From a virus: DNA of 64,000 nt. The stretch covers positions 32,001 through 96,000 of IMG/VR virus record IMGVR_UViG_3300043015_002491; one strand, 5' to 3'. Below the pieces are notes generated by a model, which made no database searches, had not been told where the DNA came from, and saw only the letters and a program-made list of their open reading frames with translations. Below, in pieces: positions 26,388 through 36,423 of this stretch (position 1 is its first letter; each line of letters opens with the position of its first letter). Position numbers and translations under genes: made by a program.

Positions 26388-26620
26388 TATTGTTTTATAT
26401 ATTCTTCGTAACTAACTTCTTCTACATGTTCAAGTAAATTAGTTTTATTATTCACCCAGTCACTTGGAGTGAAGTATTCGGCTAATAAATTGTTAATAGT
26501 TTCTTCTTTTTCATTTTTAGAAACTATACTCGCTTTCAATGGATTTCCATTGTCATCAACCAAATACACTATTGATTCAGACTCATCTTTTTTAATTACT
26601 TTTGTAATAATTTTCATCAT
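26387..26620 (-). CDS. Small hypothetical protein
   Basis: 77 aa, coupled to thioesterase. Confidence 0.6.
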   Translation of the reverse strand: MMKIITKVIKKDESESIVYLVDDNGNPLKASIVSKNEKEETINNLLAEYFTPSDWVNNKTNLLEHVEEVSYEEYIKQ

Positions 26621-26733
26621 TTATCTTTTAAACCTTATTATTTAATTATAACTTAAATCTAACTAAAAAAAATGAAAGTGTAAAGCATAAAAAAGGTTTA
26701 TATGAAAAAATCACATAAACCTTTTAATTTTAT

Positions 26734-26902
26734 CGGAATGCGGGAGCGTTTACTTCAGAGCTCTGTAATGAAGGTTGTTTTTTATAGTACACATCCTAAG
26801 TTTTTTAGTGTACCAAATAGGTGCTAACAACTTTAAAAACACCACCTTTCAACTGTACTTAATATAAATCTAATTTGTTAAAAAGTTTGCAGTATGCATT
26901 CC
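26734..26902 (-). ncRNA. Small RNA family member E, immediately downstream of Ro60-like gene
   Basis: GGAATGC-ATACTGCAAA...GCATTCC-G; terminator-like hairpin at ~26689-26725. Confidence 0.6.
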
Positions 26903-26909
26903 TTATATT

Positions 26910-28361
26910 TTAAACACGAATTGCTTCGTATCTTTCTGAACTAATAATATTCATCATCATTCCGTAAGGAGTGATATCATTACCAGCTAATAAGCTTGTT
27001 AATAACGCTGGGCTGAAACCAGACACCAACGCAGTACCTTGCTTATCGAATTGTACTGGGTTATTGTCATTTCTTGATTGAATGTTCCAGTATACAACCT
27101 TTGGCATTGTGTACCCAGCATCTGCATACATGTTTTCAATCATTCTTTGAGCAGTTGGATTCCAATCAGAATCACCTCTCCAACCATCGCCAGTAGCTTG
27201 GTTGAATTCCATATCCGAAAGGATAAGAATCATAGTTGGCATTTCTGACTCAGCAACATTACTAGCTTTTGCTTTTTGAAGCAATACCTTGAATGTCTTT
27301 TCTAAGTCTGTACTACCACCCCATTCTGCTCTAGATAGTTGGTTGAATCTGTCTCTTAAATCACCCTTTAAGTATTGTAACTTTGGGTTAGAGTGGAAAG
27401 TGAAGAATGCATCCTTGAATGGTCCTTCATTTCTCTCAGAGATATATAAACCTAATGAGATAGCTACATCCATACAGCTGATATTTGCGTTACCGCCAGC
27501 TGACACACCCATTGAGCCAGAAACGTCTACCACTGGTAAAACTCTTTCTTTATTACCTTCCATGTAGTTAGGTAAAGCTTTCCATTGTTCAACAGCACCA
27601 TCAGCTGAACCATATTTCAAGTTCTTAGTAATGTCGTATGGATATACAGCACCAGCATTAATCTTAGTTTCACCCTTTGAAAGTGAATCCAAATATGCTT
27701 GGAATCTGCTACCATCATTCTTAGAGAATGCCTTCATGTAATCAGACATTGCCTTAGATGGTACGTGTTCGTATGTAATCGCACCGAATTCTCTAGCACA
27801 CATTAATTGCTCAACAGTGTTAGATAACTCAGAAAGCATCTTTCTATACGCCTTTGGTGTTAACCCTAAGTGTTTTCTTAAGGTACTAGCCCATCTCTTC
27901 TTTTCCCTATTCTTAGTGTTACCTCTTGGCATCCACTTAGCCGCAAGTCCATTACCATCTTTTAACGCTTTTTCAATTTCGTTAAGAGCTTCTTTCTCTA
28001 ATTTAGTACCAACTAATATTAAATAGTCATCATACCTACCGTACTCAGCAATAAGTCCTATGTTCTTCTTAAGTGCTGAAGTTTTAGTATTAGCAAGATA
28101 AGTTAAAATATCTCTGAAAGTACCTCTTTCACCAGCTCCACCTCTAACGTCTCTAGCCCAGAATAAAATCTTCATAGCTGTTAACGAATCTTCAGCGAAA
28201 GCTTTAGAAAATGCATTAATCTTTCTTTGTTTATCTTGCCCTCTTAAAGCACCAATTTGGAAAAATAGGTCTACACAAGAATTAAGTGTAGTTGAATTTG
28301 TTGTCATACCATTTTCAGTAACAGTATCTTCAGTTCTTAAAGCGTCAATTAAATTTGCCAT
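26910..28361 (-). CDS. DUF2828-like TROVE/Ro60-related protein with C-terminal vWA domain
   Basis: TENG, RDVRGGAGER, AKWMPR, DVSGSM MIDAS, STDL, LSDMEF, WN, SGFSP. Confidence 0.82.
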   Translation of the reverse strand: MANLIDALRTEDTVTENGMTTNSTTLNSCVDLFFQIGALRGQDKQRKINAFSKAFAEDSLTAMKILFWARDVRGGAGERGTFRDILTYLANTKTSALKKNIGLIAEYGRYDDYLILVGTKLEKEALNEIEKALKDGNGLAAKWMPRGNTKNREKKRWASTLRKHLGLTPKAYRKMLSELSNTVEQLMCAREFGAITYEHVPSKAMSDYMKAFSKNDGSRFQAYLDSLSKGETKINAGAVYPYDITKNLKYGSADGAVEQWKALPNYMEGNKERVLPVVDVSGSMGVSAGGNANISCMDVAISLGLYISERNEGPFKDAFFTFHSNPKLQYLKGDLRDRFNQLSRAEWGGSTDLEKTFKVLLQKAKASNVAESEMPTMILILSDMEFNQATGDGWRGDSDWNPTAQRMIENMYADAGYTMPKVVYWNIQSRNDNNPVQFDKQGTALVSGFSPALLTSLLAGNDITPYGMMMNIISSERYEAIRV

Positions 28362-28446
28362 AGTGTTAAAAATTTGAATTGTTAATTAATTTTAGTGTTC
28401 ACAAATATATAACCTTTTTTTCCTTTTGTCAACTTTTTTTTTAAAA

Positions 28447-28635
28447 TTATTTTAATAAATTTTGTAATTTTACCTGTAACTCATTGAGTTTCTTTTGGTT
28501 ATTCTCAATAATTTTTTGTTCATTATCTGGCATAGTTATGGGGTATTGTGATTTAAGTCTAGAAATCTCCCTTTGAAGTCTATCACCTTCTCTAATGTAA
28601 TTGTCGTAAGCTTGCGCTTTTTCTTCTTGTGTCAT
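28447..28635 (-). CDS. Small coiled-coil protein
   Basis: 62 aa ORF. Confidence 0.6.
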   Translation of the reverse strand: MTQEEKAQAYDNYIREGDRLQREISRLKSQYPITMPDNEQKIIENNQKKLNELQVKLQNLLK

Positions 28636-28636
28636 A

Positions 28637-29149
28637 TTAATTTATTTTAGTGAACCAAGCCCTAATAGTTGACGTTGTGTTTTGTATATTAGTGAACTCA
28701 GCGTTATTTATTTGTCCGTCATCAACGAAGTAGTATCCGACATTGGCACTGTAGTGACTTCCACCAAATGGCATGAAGTATTTAAGCGTTAATTCATAAT
28801 TTGTTGATGATGGTAGTAATGATAGCGTGTATGGTCTTTGTGCGTTTTGATTTAATACATAATCATCACCAGTTGTAAATTCTATAGTATCGTTTGGATA
28901 TTCTGTAGCAAATGCTGATACCACTTTTGTTAATACCCATCTTGTACCAACTAGTGGGTTTGTTTGGTTACCAGTACCTGGAAGTGTACCACCATGAGTG
29001 TATGTATTTTGCCAATTAGTTGTGTCAACTTCTTCTGGCACTTCTTCTAACGCAATAAATTCTTCTTTTTTACAAGAAGAAAATAAAAGTGCTATTATAA
29101 CTAATATAAATGTAAATATTAAAATTGTCTTTTTTGTTTCTAATTTCAT
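28637..29149 (-). CDS. Putative lipoprotein
   Basis: Signal peptide with LFSSC lipobox followed by KKEE. Confidence 0.7.
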   Translation of the reverse strand: MKLETKKTILIFTFILVIIALLFSSCKKEEFIALEEVPEEVDTTNWQNTYTHGGTLPGTGNQTNPLVGTRWVLTKVVSAFATEYPNDTIEFTTGDDYVLNQNAQRPYTLSLLPSSTNYELTLKYFMPFGGSHYSANVGYYFVDDGQINNAEFTNIQNTTSTIRAWFTKIN

Positions 29150-29191
29150 GTCCTTTAATTAATGGTTCTCTACAAATGTAAGAAAGATATT

Positions 29192-29425
29192 TTAATTATC
29201 CAAATCTTTTTTAACAAATCTTACAATAATACCACCAATTTCTAATTCAATGACATCCTTATGTTGAAACTCTGTACTTTCTGGATTAGCTTTATAGAAT
29301 AAATGTTCATCCATCTTCTTATGGTCTGTTTCACTCATTTCATATAATAAAACTAACCCTTCTTTATTAATCTCATCGTTATTAATTACTTCTGAAACCG
29401 TTTTTATAATATCATCATATTTCAT
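29192..29425 (-). CDS. Hypothetical protein
   Basis: 77 aa in tight operon. Confidence 0.65.
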   Translation of the reverse strand: MKYDDIIKTVSEVINNDEINKEGLVLLYEMSETDHKKMDEHLFYKANPESTEFQHKDVIELEIGGIIVRFVKKDLDN

Positions 29426-29426
29426 A

Positions 29427-29741
29427 TTAAAACCTTGTAAAAATATTCTTTAAAAATGTACCTAATTTTTGATACCACTTTTTCTTTATTATAATTATAC
29501 CGTTTGGGTTTGATTTAACTTTTTCACCTAAACCACTTTTAATTTCATTAATAAACCTGTTTTTCTTCCTTTCAACATCTTCTTTAATAGCTTTAATATC
29601 ATTATTAATGGAATCAATCGTTTCTACTTTTTCTAAACTTTCTTCCTTTTCTAGACCACTAATAAAAGTTTTATTATGTTCTTTAAATTTTGAAAGGACT
29701 GCTTCTAACGGTATCTTACCCTCTAATTTTGGTTTACTCAT
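29427..29741 (-). CDS. Hypothetical protein
   Basis: 104 aa in tight operon. Confidence 0.65.
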   Translation of the reverse strand: MSKPKLEGKIPLEAVLSKFKEHNKTFISGLEKEESLEKVETIDSINNDIKAIKEDVERKKNRFINEIKSGLGEKVKSNPNGIIIIKKKWYQKLGTFLKNIFTRF

Positions 29742-30172
29742 ATTCTATTTATTTTACCCTTTAACCCTGGAAACAGTGGTTCTGGTAATTCATTTTTATC
29801 AAACCAACCCCAATCCAGATTCTCATGGTCTAATGTAGGTATAAATTCGCTATTTGTCAAGCCTTCGTAATAATGAAACTCTAAATTTTTACTCTTATGG
29901 TAGATTTTATCTATAAATTTATAAGAAATAATATTTGGGTTTATCTGCATTTCTTCATTAACTTCTCTTTTAAGCCCTTCTAATACATCTTCACCGTCTT
30001 CAATACCACCACTAACTAATGACCATGTATTAGGTTCATCACCAAAGTCATTTCTAAGTAATAATAGGATTCTACCAGTCGAGTTACACTTAACCAATAC
30101 TCCAGCCGCAGTTCTTTTGTTTTCGTTTTCCATTAACATATATCTAACTTTATTTTTAATTAAATCTTTCAT
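29738..30172 (-). CDS. Nudix hydrolase
   Basis: GGIEDGEDVLEGLKREVNEE Nudix box. Confidence 0.88.
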   Translation of the reverse strand: MKDLIKNKVRYMLMENENKRTAAGVLVKCNSTGRILLLLRNDFGDEPNTWSLVSGGIEDGEDVLEGLKREVNEEMQINPNIISYKFIDKIYHKSKNLEFHYYEGLTNSEFIPTLDHENLDWGWFDKNELPEPLFPGLKGKINRI

Positions 30173-30231
30173 ATTATATAAATATTGACTTATTGGATGA
30201 TAAACGTTATCTTTAAAGAAAAATTAAAGTT

Positions 30232-30558
30232 ATGGTAAATTTATTTATTTTCGTATTAGTTGCTTATGGGATTAGTAACATTTTAATCTATGGTTCAATC
30301 TTTGAAGGTTGGAGAACCTTACTATCTAAATTAGGGACTGGCGATAAGAGTCTTTATAAACTATTCACTTGCATGATGTGTTTACCTACTTGGGTAGGGT
30401 TTGGTTTATCTTATTTGTTACAATCACAAGGGATTGATACACCTATGACCACTTATGGTATTGAGAATTTATACTTATCTATATTTTTAGATGGTGTATT
30501 AAGTAGTGGAGCTGTTTATGCGTTTAACGTATTAGTTGAATACTTTGAGGGTGAATAA
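30232..30558 (+). CDS. Membrane protein with CxxC (DUF1360-like)
   Basis: Three hydrophobic segments, LFTCMMCLPTW. Confidence 0.65.
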   Translation: MVNLFIFVLVAYGISNILIYGSIFEGWRTLLSKLGTGDKSLYKLFTCMMCLPTWVGFGLSYLLQSQGIDTPMTTYGIENLYLSIFLDGVLSSGAVYAFNVLVEYFEGE

Positions 30559-30587
30559 TAAAAAAGCCCCAATTAAGGGGCTCTTTA

Positions 30588-31232
30588 TTAATAACTTCCA
30601 ATTTTTTCTTCTTCACATACTGGACAAACTTCATCTGGTCCAGAACAATTACATGTTATATTTGGTACATCGAATTCTTCTAATTCAACCTTACCATTCT
30701 TAGGTGGTAATTCAATATCTTGACCTTTAACATTAGTGATTTTAATTTCACCATTTACCTTTTCAGTTGTTTTTTTAACTTCTTCTGGGTTAGCTGGTGG
30801 TGGTGGTAGTGTTTCTTCCACATTAACATCATCTTCTAACTCAAAGTTATCCATATCACCTAACGATGGCATAACACCTGGTTTATTAAAAGTAAATTTA
30901 AGTTCTTGTAATTCGTGTAAAGTTTTTTCTTTAAATAATTTTTTAAGTTCTTCTACCTTTTGTTTAAGTAATTCATATTTCTTTTCTCTTTCAATATTAA
31001 CGCTAATAACACCTTCAACATAATCTAATAAGTCGTCAATTGTTACACCTTCCTTTTCAGTGAAGAACATATAGTAATTTTGAGATTCATCAACTAACTC
31101 TTTTTTAATCACATCACTATTTGGTACCGTCCACCCTTCTTTAAAGACAGCATCAACAATTTGCATACCTTGGATGTATCTAATACCAACAATGTGGGGT
31201 TGTAATGAATCTAATCTTTCTTGTATTGACAT
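30588..31232 (-). CDS. Hypothetical protein
   Basis: 214 aa, C-terminal Cys cluster. Confidence 0.7.
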   Translation of the reverse strand: MSIQERLDSLQPHIVGIRYIQGMQIVDAVFKEGWTVPNSDVIKKELVDESQNYYMFFTEKEGVTIDDLLDYVEGVISVNIEREKKYELLKQKVEELKKLFKEKTLHELQELKFTFNKPGVMPSLGDMDNFELEDDVNVEETLPPPPANPEEVKKTTEKVNGEIKITNVKGQDIELPPKNGKVELEEFDVPNITCNCSGPDEVCPVCEEEKIGSY

Positions 31233-31247
31233 AAAACAATTTTATTT

Positions 31248-31460
31248 TTAAATATAAATACCAGTTACGATACTCATTAAGATATATGCTATAGACATGC
31301 TCAATACCCATAACGAAGTATTTTTAACTAAATACTTCTTAGGATTTTCAGTACTTGATTTCACCCAAGCTTGAGTAAAGTAGTACCCATGTCTAATAAC
31401 GTTTAAACATGACATAAATAACAAAATAAGTAAAATTTTATTGAGCATATCTATTAACAT
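31248..31460 (-). CDS. Small membrane protein
   Basis: Two TM segments. Confidence 0.6.
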   Translation of the reverse strand: MLIDMLNKILLILLFMSCLNVIRHGYYFTQAWVKSSTENPKKYLVKNTSLWVLSMSIAYILMSIVTGIYI

Positions 31461-31470
31461 AATTTTTTAT

Positions 31471-31644
31471 TTAAGCTTTTTTCTTATCAGAAATTTCAAG
31501 TCTAAGCTCTTGAGCTACTTTTTTAATTTCTTGTAACCCTTGTCTAACTCTAGTTCCAGCAGCTTTATTGCTCTTACTATAGAATTTTTCTACATCTTCG
31601 TTAAGTCCTTCTACTAAAGCTTTTAAATTTTCAAATTTTTCCAT
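31471..31644 (-). CDS. Histone H1-like (Hc1-type) small protein, not in ORF track
   Basis: MEKFENLKALVEGLNEDVEKFYSKSNKAAGTRVRQGLQEIKKVAQELRLEISDKKKA; NKAAGTRxR signature. Confidence 0.8.
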   Translation of the reverse strand: MEKFENLKALVEGLNEDVEKFYSKSNKAAGTRVRQGLQEIKKVAQELRLEISDKKKA

Positions 31645-31657
31645 TTTAATTTAATTT

Positions 31658-31894
31658 TTAATTATTATTATTGTTATTATTATTTGCGCTAGGTGCGTTA
31701 GCACTTGGCGCTGTATATGAATTCCATTTGGAAATCATAGTTTCAATTTTAACTATTTCAGCCAGTGATTCTTTAATTTCATCAACTAAATACTCAATAT
31801 TACTTTCACTACTATTGATAAGTCTTTGGAGTTTCTCTTCAGCCTTTAATTTATCACTAGCTAACTCAGCTAATATAATTTCAATCATTCTCAT
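31658..31894 (-). CDS. Small coiled-coil protein
   Basis: 78 aa, poly-N tail. Confidence 0.6.
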   Translation of the reverse strand: MRMIEIILAELASDKLKAEEKLQRLINSSESNIEYLVDEIKESLAEIVKIETMISKWNSYTAPSANAPSANNNNNNNN

Positions 31895-31945
31895 GTGGTA
31901 AATATAAGGTATTAAAAATATTAATCAACCCTTAAACACGTTTTT

Positions 31946-32419
31946 TTACCCTTTTTTAAGGGATTCGTCTAAAATTTTGTAGATTTCTATGAAGTTATCC
32001 ATATCAGAACGTGTCTTAAGTTTATTATATGAAAACACTGATATCCATAGGGTTCTAATTGTGATAGGTACATTTCTATTGTCTTTATCATCGAGCATGT
32101 AAAATACTTCCATCATGAATTCTAAAAAATAATCATAAGCTTCTTTAGATTCATTAAAATGTATTTCTTCTTCTTTAAAATTATCGATGTTTTTATTCCA
32201 ACACCATTTAAAATGATTTACTTTATCTTCGTCTGATGTGAAATCATCACCCATATAAGTATCAAATATAAGAGTCAATAAAGATTGTACAAAGTCACTA
32301 AACAAAAGACATTTCTCATATCTAATGTTATTGGCGCTATATAATACTGCCACACTATCTTCACTTAACGGTGTTTTAATATAACTCAAAAATTCCCTAG
32401 TTTTATCCTCTTTTTCCAT
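31946..32419 (-). CDS. Hypothetical protein
   Basis: 157 aa ORF. Confidence 0.7.
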   Translation of the reverse strand: MEKEDKTREFLSYIKTPLSEDSVAVLYSANNIRYEKCLLFSDFVQSLLTLIFDTYMGDDFTSDEDKVNHFKWCWNKNIDNFKEEEIHFNESKEAYDYFLEFMMEVFYMLDDKDNRNVPITIRTLWISVFSYNKLKTRSDMDNFIEIYKILDESLKKG

Positions 32420-32457
32420 TTAATCTAAATATATAGAATCAATAGAAAAAATAAATG

Positions 32458-33339
32458 TTATAATGACAATAGCATGTCAATTAAATCTTGTTGTGGAAAT
32501 AAATCTGTTTTATCTTTCCTAGTATTGGTGTGGGTCCACATACCCTTCACTTTACCATAATAAGCATCTTCATTAAATTCAAAAGCATCGACACCCTTTT
32601 TCTTTATTTCTGATATTAAACCTTCTCTAACGTCAATACCATCCCTTTCGGCAATAAATAATATTAATTTTCTAGTACTCTCTATCTGTTCATCAGAATA
32701 TCTATGCCATTCTTGATGACCTCTAAATGGTTTATCTAACTTTACTATTTGTTCTGGTACTACACTAGTCCCAGCATAAGTCTTACCATTTGTTACATAA
32801 CCAAAATTACATATTTCAAGCCCTACAGAATGTGTGTGCATATGTTGTGAACCATTCTTACCTAAATGCCACCCATACCCACCTTCTGGAATACATTGTA
32901 ACATCTTACCATCATAATTAAAGTCATCACCCTTTACAGATGGTCCACCTAATACAAACTCAGTAGCTATTGACCCTCTAGAGTCCATACCCCACTGGTC
33001 AACACATTTATATGGATTGTGCCAGCCAGCTGTATGATGTAAAAATAAATATTCTTTGTTTGTAGGACCTTCTTTATATTCACCCTTTGGTAGAAGATAT
33101 CTTTCAATTATTAATCCATTAGAAGTCTCGTAAAACGCCTCTGTATTGTCTGTGGTAGCTAACCCCATAGCATCCCAAGTTTTAGGACCTACAATACCAT
33201 CAGCTTTTAACCTATTTTGATGTTGCCACCTAATTACCGCTGATTCTGTACCTGGACCGAAATCACCATCAGCTGTTATACCTAAAAACTCTTGTAATTC
33301 TTTTACTTCTTTTCCCTTAGAACCTTTTTTTAATATCAT
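32458..33339 (-). CDS. Endolysin: peptidoglycan-binding domain plus N-acetylmuramoyl-L-alanine amidase
   Basis: ADGDFGPGT/ADGIVGPKT PG-binding; LHHTAG, WHLG, SVGLEI, TH...KTD. Confidence 0.87.
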   Translation of the reverse strand: MILKKGSKGKEVKELQEFLGITADGDFGPGTESAVIRWQHQNRLKADGIVGPKTWDAMGLATTDNTEAFYETSNGLIIERYLLPKGEYKEGPTNKEYLFLHHTAGWHNPYKCVDQWGMDSRGSIATEFVLGGPSVKGDDFNYDGKMLQCIPEGGYGWHLGKNGSQHMHTHSVGLEICNFGYVTNGKTYAGTSVVPEQIVKLDKPFRGHQEWHRYSDEQIESTRKLILFIAERDGIDVREGLISEIKKKGVDAFEFNEDAYYGKVKGMWTHTNTRKDKTDLFPQQDLIDMLLSL

Positions 33340-33422
33340 AACTTTTCTTTAGTAATAAATATTATACTAAATAAAAAAACCCTCACAATGGAGGGTTTTT
33401 ATTTTAAAGTTTTAAGTTTGTA

Positions 33423-35171
33423 TTATCTATTAACTCTCATTACCATGTTTAATGGAATGTCATATCCTTGTGGGTCAATAACTGGTTCCATTTCACCATC
33501 TTCACCTGGTACATACTCGATTTCTAACCAATCACTAGTTTGTGGATTATCAGAACCGTAAGCGTCTCTAACTTTAGCAGCATCACCATCGTCAGATAAC
33601 ATCACTTCGTAACCACCAGCATTACTTATTGTATACGTTCCGTGTGGGATGAATTCTTCATCTTCTTCAAACACGCCTCTACCCTTAAGAATATCAGCTT
33701 GCGTTACTTTACCATCACGTGTTAAGTCTGGGAAATCTTTACCTTCTTCTTCTGAATATAAGTCTTCAAAGATTTCATCGAATCTATCACCTTCTTTTCT
33801 AATACTTATTTTGTTTAATGAATTCATAGTACCCTCAAATCCTGGTATGTCATATCTAGATGGTTCTTCACCCATTCTAACTTTAAGTTCATTCTGTAAT
33901 TGTAGAATGTCAGCTTCAAGCTCATTAACCATTCTTGAATTACCTTCTTTTTTATAATATTCTAAAGCGTCTGAAAGAACTTTTATTTGTACAGATAATT
34001 CAGCATCTGTACCATCTGTATTTACATTTTCGTTTATCTCAGCAGCTTCAGAGTCCGCAGACTTATCATTCATAAGTTGTCTAGCAATTTGCTTTTGTAA
34101 AACTTCGTTATCACCAACAATAGCTTTAACATAAGCAGCTGCCGCCTCTATTTTTTCTGGTTTAGTATTAATTTTAGACGCTAATGTTTTAATTTTACTC
34201 ATATCACCCATAGTGTTGAATAAATTTTCAACATCTTTATTTTCAAATTCATCTAATTTTTCGTCAGATTCTTCTCTTTCCATTTCAGCGATTTTGTCGT
34301 GACCTTCAAGATTACCTTCGTTTTTGAATCCCGTACCAAATGCTTCATTAATATCTTTCTTTTTGTTTTTTAATTTTTTAAATACCTTATAAGCAACAAC
34401 AGATAAAATACCACCAGCTAAAGCACCTAATGCTTGTATTAACATTGGGTTGTGTGCATGCATCATTTGTTCAATCGTTCCAATATTAGTAGCTATTTTA
34501 CCTAAAACCATTGGGTTTGGTACTAGCTTATCAGCTAATACGCCACCACCAACCATTGCACCTATGACTCCACCTATTTTACCACCCATGTCACCATCAG
34601 AAGATTCAGTCACACTTGAAGCTTTTTTCATTCCGAAATCCATAGCTTTTTCGATGAATTCATTACCGATTGTTGGTAATCCCTCATTTTCATTAGTCTT
34701 ACCCATTGCAACAAATTGCTGTAAAGCCTCAATCGCTTGTGGGTTATTTAATATTTCATTAGAAATTTTTTCAATGTTTGGGTCATTGATTAATTTAGGT
34801 AATTCTTTTTTAATCTCACTTGATATTTCATCAGAACTAGGTCCAGCTTCTTCATTTAATAACCTCTTAGTCTTATTCCAAACATCAGTAAACGACTTAT
34901 TCTCGTTAAGTCTTTGTTCACCCTTTAAATTACCAAGAGTATCTTGAGATTTGAAACCCATAAGGTGTTTCATCTTTTTCATATCCTCACTAATAAGGTT
35001 TTTATTCTCAGCTCTTAATACAGTTGCTTCATTGATATCCCATCTAACATCGTATGTCTCAGTACCATCAGTTATTTGGAATTCCTTACCATCTACTTTG
35101 TAAGATTCTGGAATTAATTTTAATGCATTATCCATTCCGTTGAATGGTTTTTTAAATGTAAGTCTTTTCAT
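33423..35171 (-). CDS. Hypothetical protein, possible internal head protein
   Basis: 582 aa, many (L/I)NE motifs; N-terminal domain paralogous to part of upstream ORF. Confidence 0.7.
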   Translation of the reverse strand: MKRLTFKKPFNGMDNALKLIPESYKVDGKEFQITDGTETYDVRWDINEATVLRAENKNLISEDMKKMKHLMGFKSQDTLGNLKGEQRLNENKSFTDVWNKTKRLLNEEAGPSSDEISSEIKKELPKLINDPNIEKISNEILNNPQAIEALQQFVAMGKTNENEGLPTIGNEFIEKAMDFGMKKASSVTESSDGDMGGKIGGVIGAMVGGGVLADKLVPNPMVLGKIATNIGTIEQMMHAHNPMLIQALGALAGGILSVVAYKVFKKLKNKKKDINEAFGTGFKNEGNLEGHDKIAEMEREESDEKLDEFENKDVENLFNTMGDMSKIKTLASKINTKPEKIEAAAAYVKAIVGDNEVLQKQIARQLMNDKSADSEAAEINENVNTDGTDAELSVQIKVLSDALEYYKKEGNSRMVNELEADILQLQNELKVRMGEEPSRYDIPGFEGTMNSLNKISIRKEGDRFDEIFEDLYSEEEGKDFPDLTRDGKVTQADILKGRGVFEEDEEFIPHGTYTISNAGGYEVMLSDDGDAAKVRDAYGSDNPQTSDWLEIEYVPGEDGEMEPVIDPQGYDIPLNMVMRVNR

Positions 35172-35197
35172 TTTTATATTGTTTTATATTAATTTTA

Positions 35198-36391
35198 TTA
35201 ATGTAGGTAATAGGCTCTTTGGAAGGCACCAGATATTGCATATTTAGCTTCTTCACTACCGCTATCTAAATCTTTTCTTATTTGATTAAAGATATCCATT
35301 TCTTCAACCTCTGGTTTAACTGAAGTAGCGTTATAAGCCTTCTTCAAAATCCCTTTATCAGCTTCATCAGATAATTTACCAGCAACATATTCTAATTCTT
35401 TAGCTAAAGCTTGTGAGTTAACCTTTGCACCTGTTCTGTATTGTTCTTTACCACTAGCTTTTACCGTTTTTCTATCTAAATCAGAATAATCTGCTTCATT
35501 TAATAAGTTTTTAGTTTTACCCCAAATATCATTGAATGATTTATCCTCATTGATTCTCTCAGCACCCTTAAGGTTACCTAATGTCTCTTGAGACTTATAT
35601 CCCATAAGATGTTTCATCTTATTCATATCTTCATTCATAAGTTGCTTATCAGAAGCCTTAAGAACGATAGCTCTACCTTCATTAAGTGAACCTTCCCATC
35701 TGATTTCATAATTCTCATTACCATCAGTCATTTGGAAAGTTTTATTATCAACTTTGTATGATTCTGGAATCATCTTTAGTGCGTTCTCCACACCTTTAAA
35801 TTCATTTTTAAATACAAGTCTTTTCATTTTACTTTCATTTTTAGGCCCACTCTTTTTAATTTCTTCATCATCAAAGTCAGCACCAGAAATACGCAATGAT
35901 TTTCTAACATTACCAGCTTCAACTTCTAGTCTTTTCTTTTTGAATTTTTGAGCATCATCATATACTTTTTCATTACCTTCTGGTCCTTGGAATCCAGCTT
36001 GGTCTCCAGGTACAACGTTTGCAACGTCATCACCCTTATTTGCATTACCCATTGTAGAATCACCTTCAATAGCTTTCTTTTGTCTTTCGTCCCACTCTTC
36101 AGTGTCACCATTAACCTCTAAAGCGGCCATACTACCCTTTTGTAGTTCACCTACATCATGTAATTCAGCTTGTTTATCACTATAGTTATATTTTTTAACG
36201 ACCTCAGCGTTTTCTTTTTCACCATCCATTTTAGTGAAGTCTTTCATCTTTTTTTCAACATCTTTCATAGCAGCTTTGTTTTCCTTACCAGAGTCTTTTT
36301 GAACCTTTTCAGTTGCAGTTAACCCCTTTGGTTTAGATTCTTCCATTAAGAATGTAGAATCAAGATATTTTTTAATTAATGACTTATTCAT
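35198..36391 (-). CDS. Hypothetical protein, possible internal head protein
   Basis: 397 aa, contains MKRLVFK...KTKNLLNE domain. Confidence 0.7.
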   Translation of the reverse strand: MNKSLIKKYLDSTFLMEESKPKGLTATEKVQKDSGKENKAAMKDVEKKMKDFTKMDGEKENAEVVKKYNYSDKQAELHDVGELQKGSMAALEVNGDTEEWDERQKKAIEGDSTMGNANKGDDVANVVPGDQAGFQGPEGNEKVYDDAQKFKKKRLEVEAGNVRKSLRISGADFDDEEIKKSGPKNESKMKRLVFKNEFKGVENALKMIPESYKVDNKTFQMTDGNENYEIRWEGSLNEGRAIVLKASDKQLMNEDMNKMKHLMGYKSQETLGNLKGAERINEDKSFNDIWGKTKNLLNEADYSDLDRKTVKASGKEQYRTGAKVNSQALAKELEYVAGKLSDEADKGILKKAYNATSVKPEVEEMDIFNQIRKDLDSGSEEAKYAISGAFQRAYYLH

Positions 36392-36423
36392 AATATTATC
36401 TTTTTTATATAAATATAAACTTT

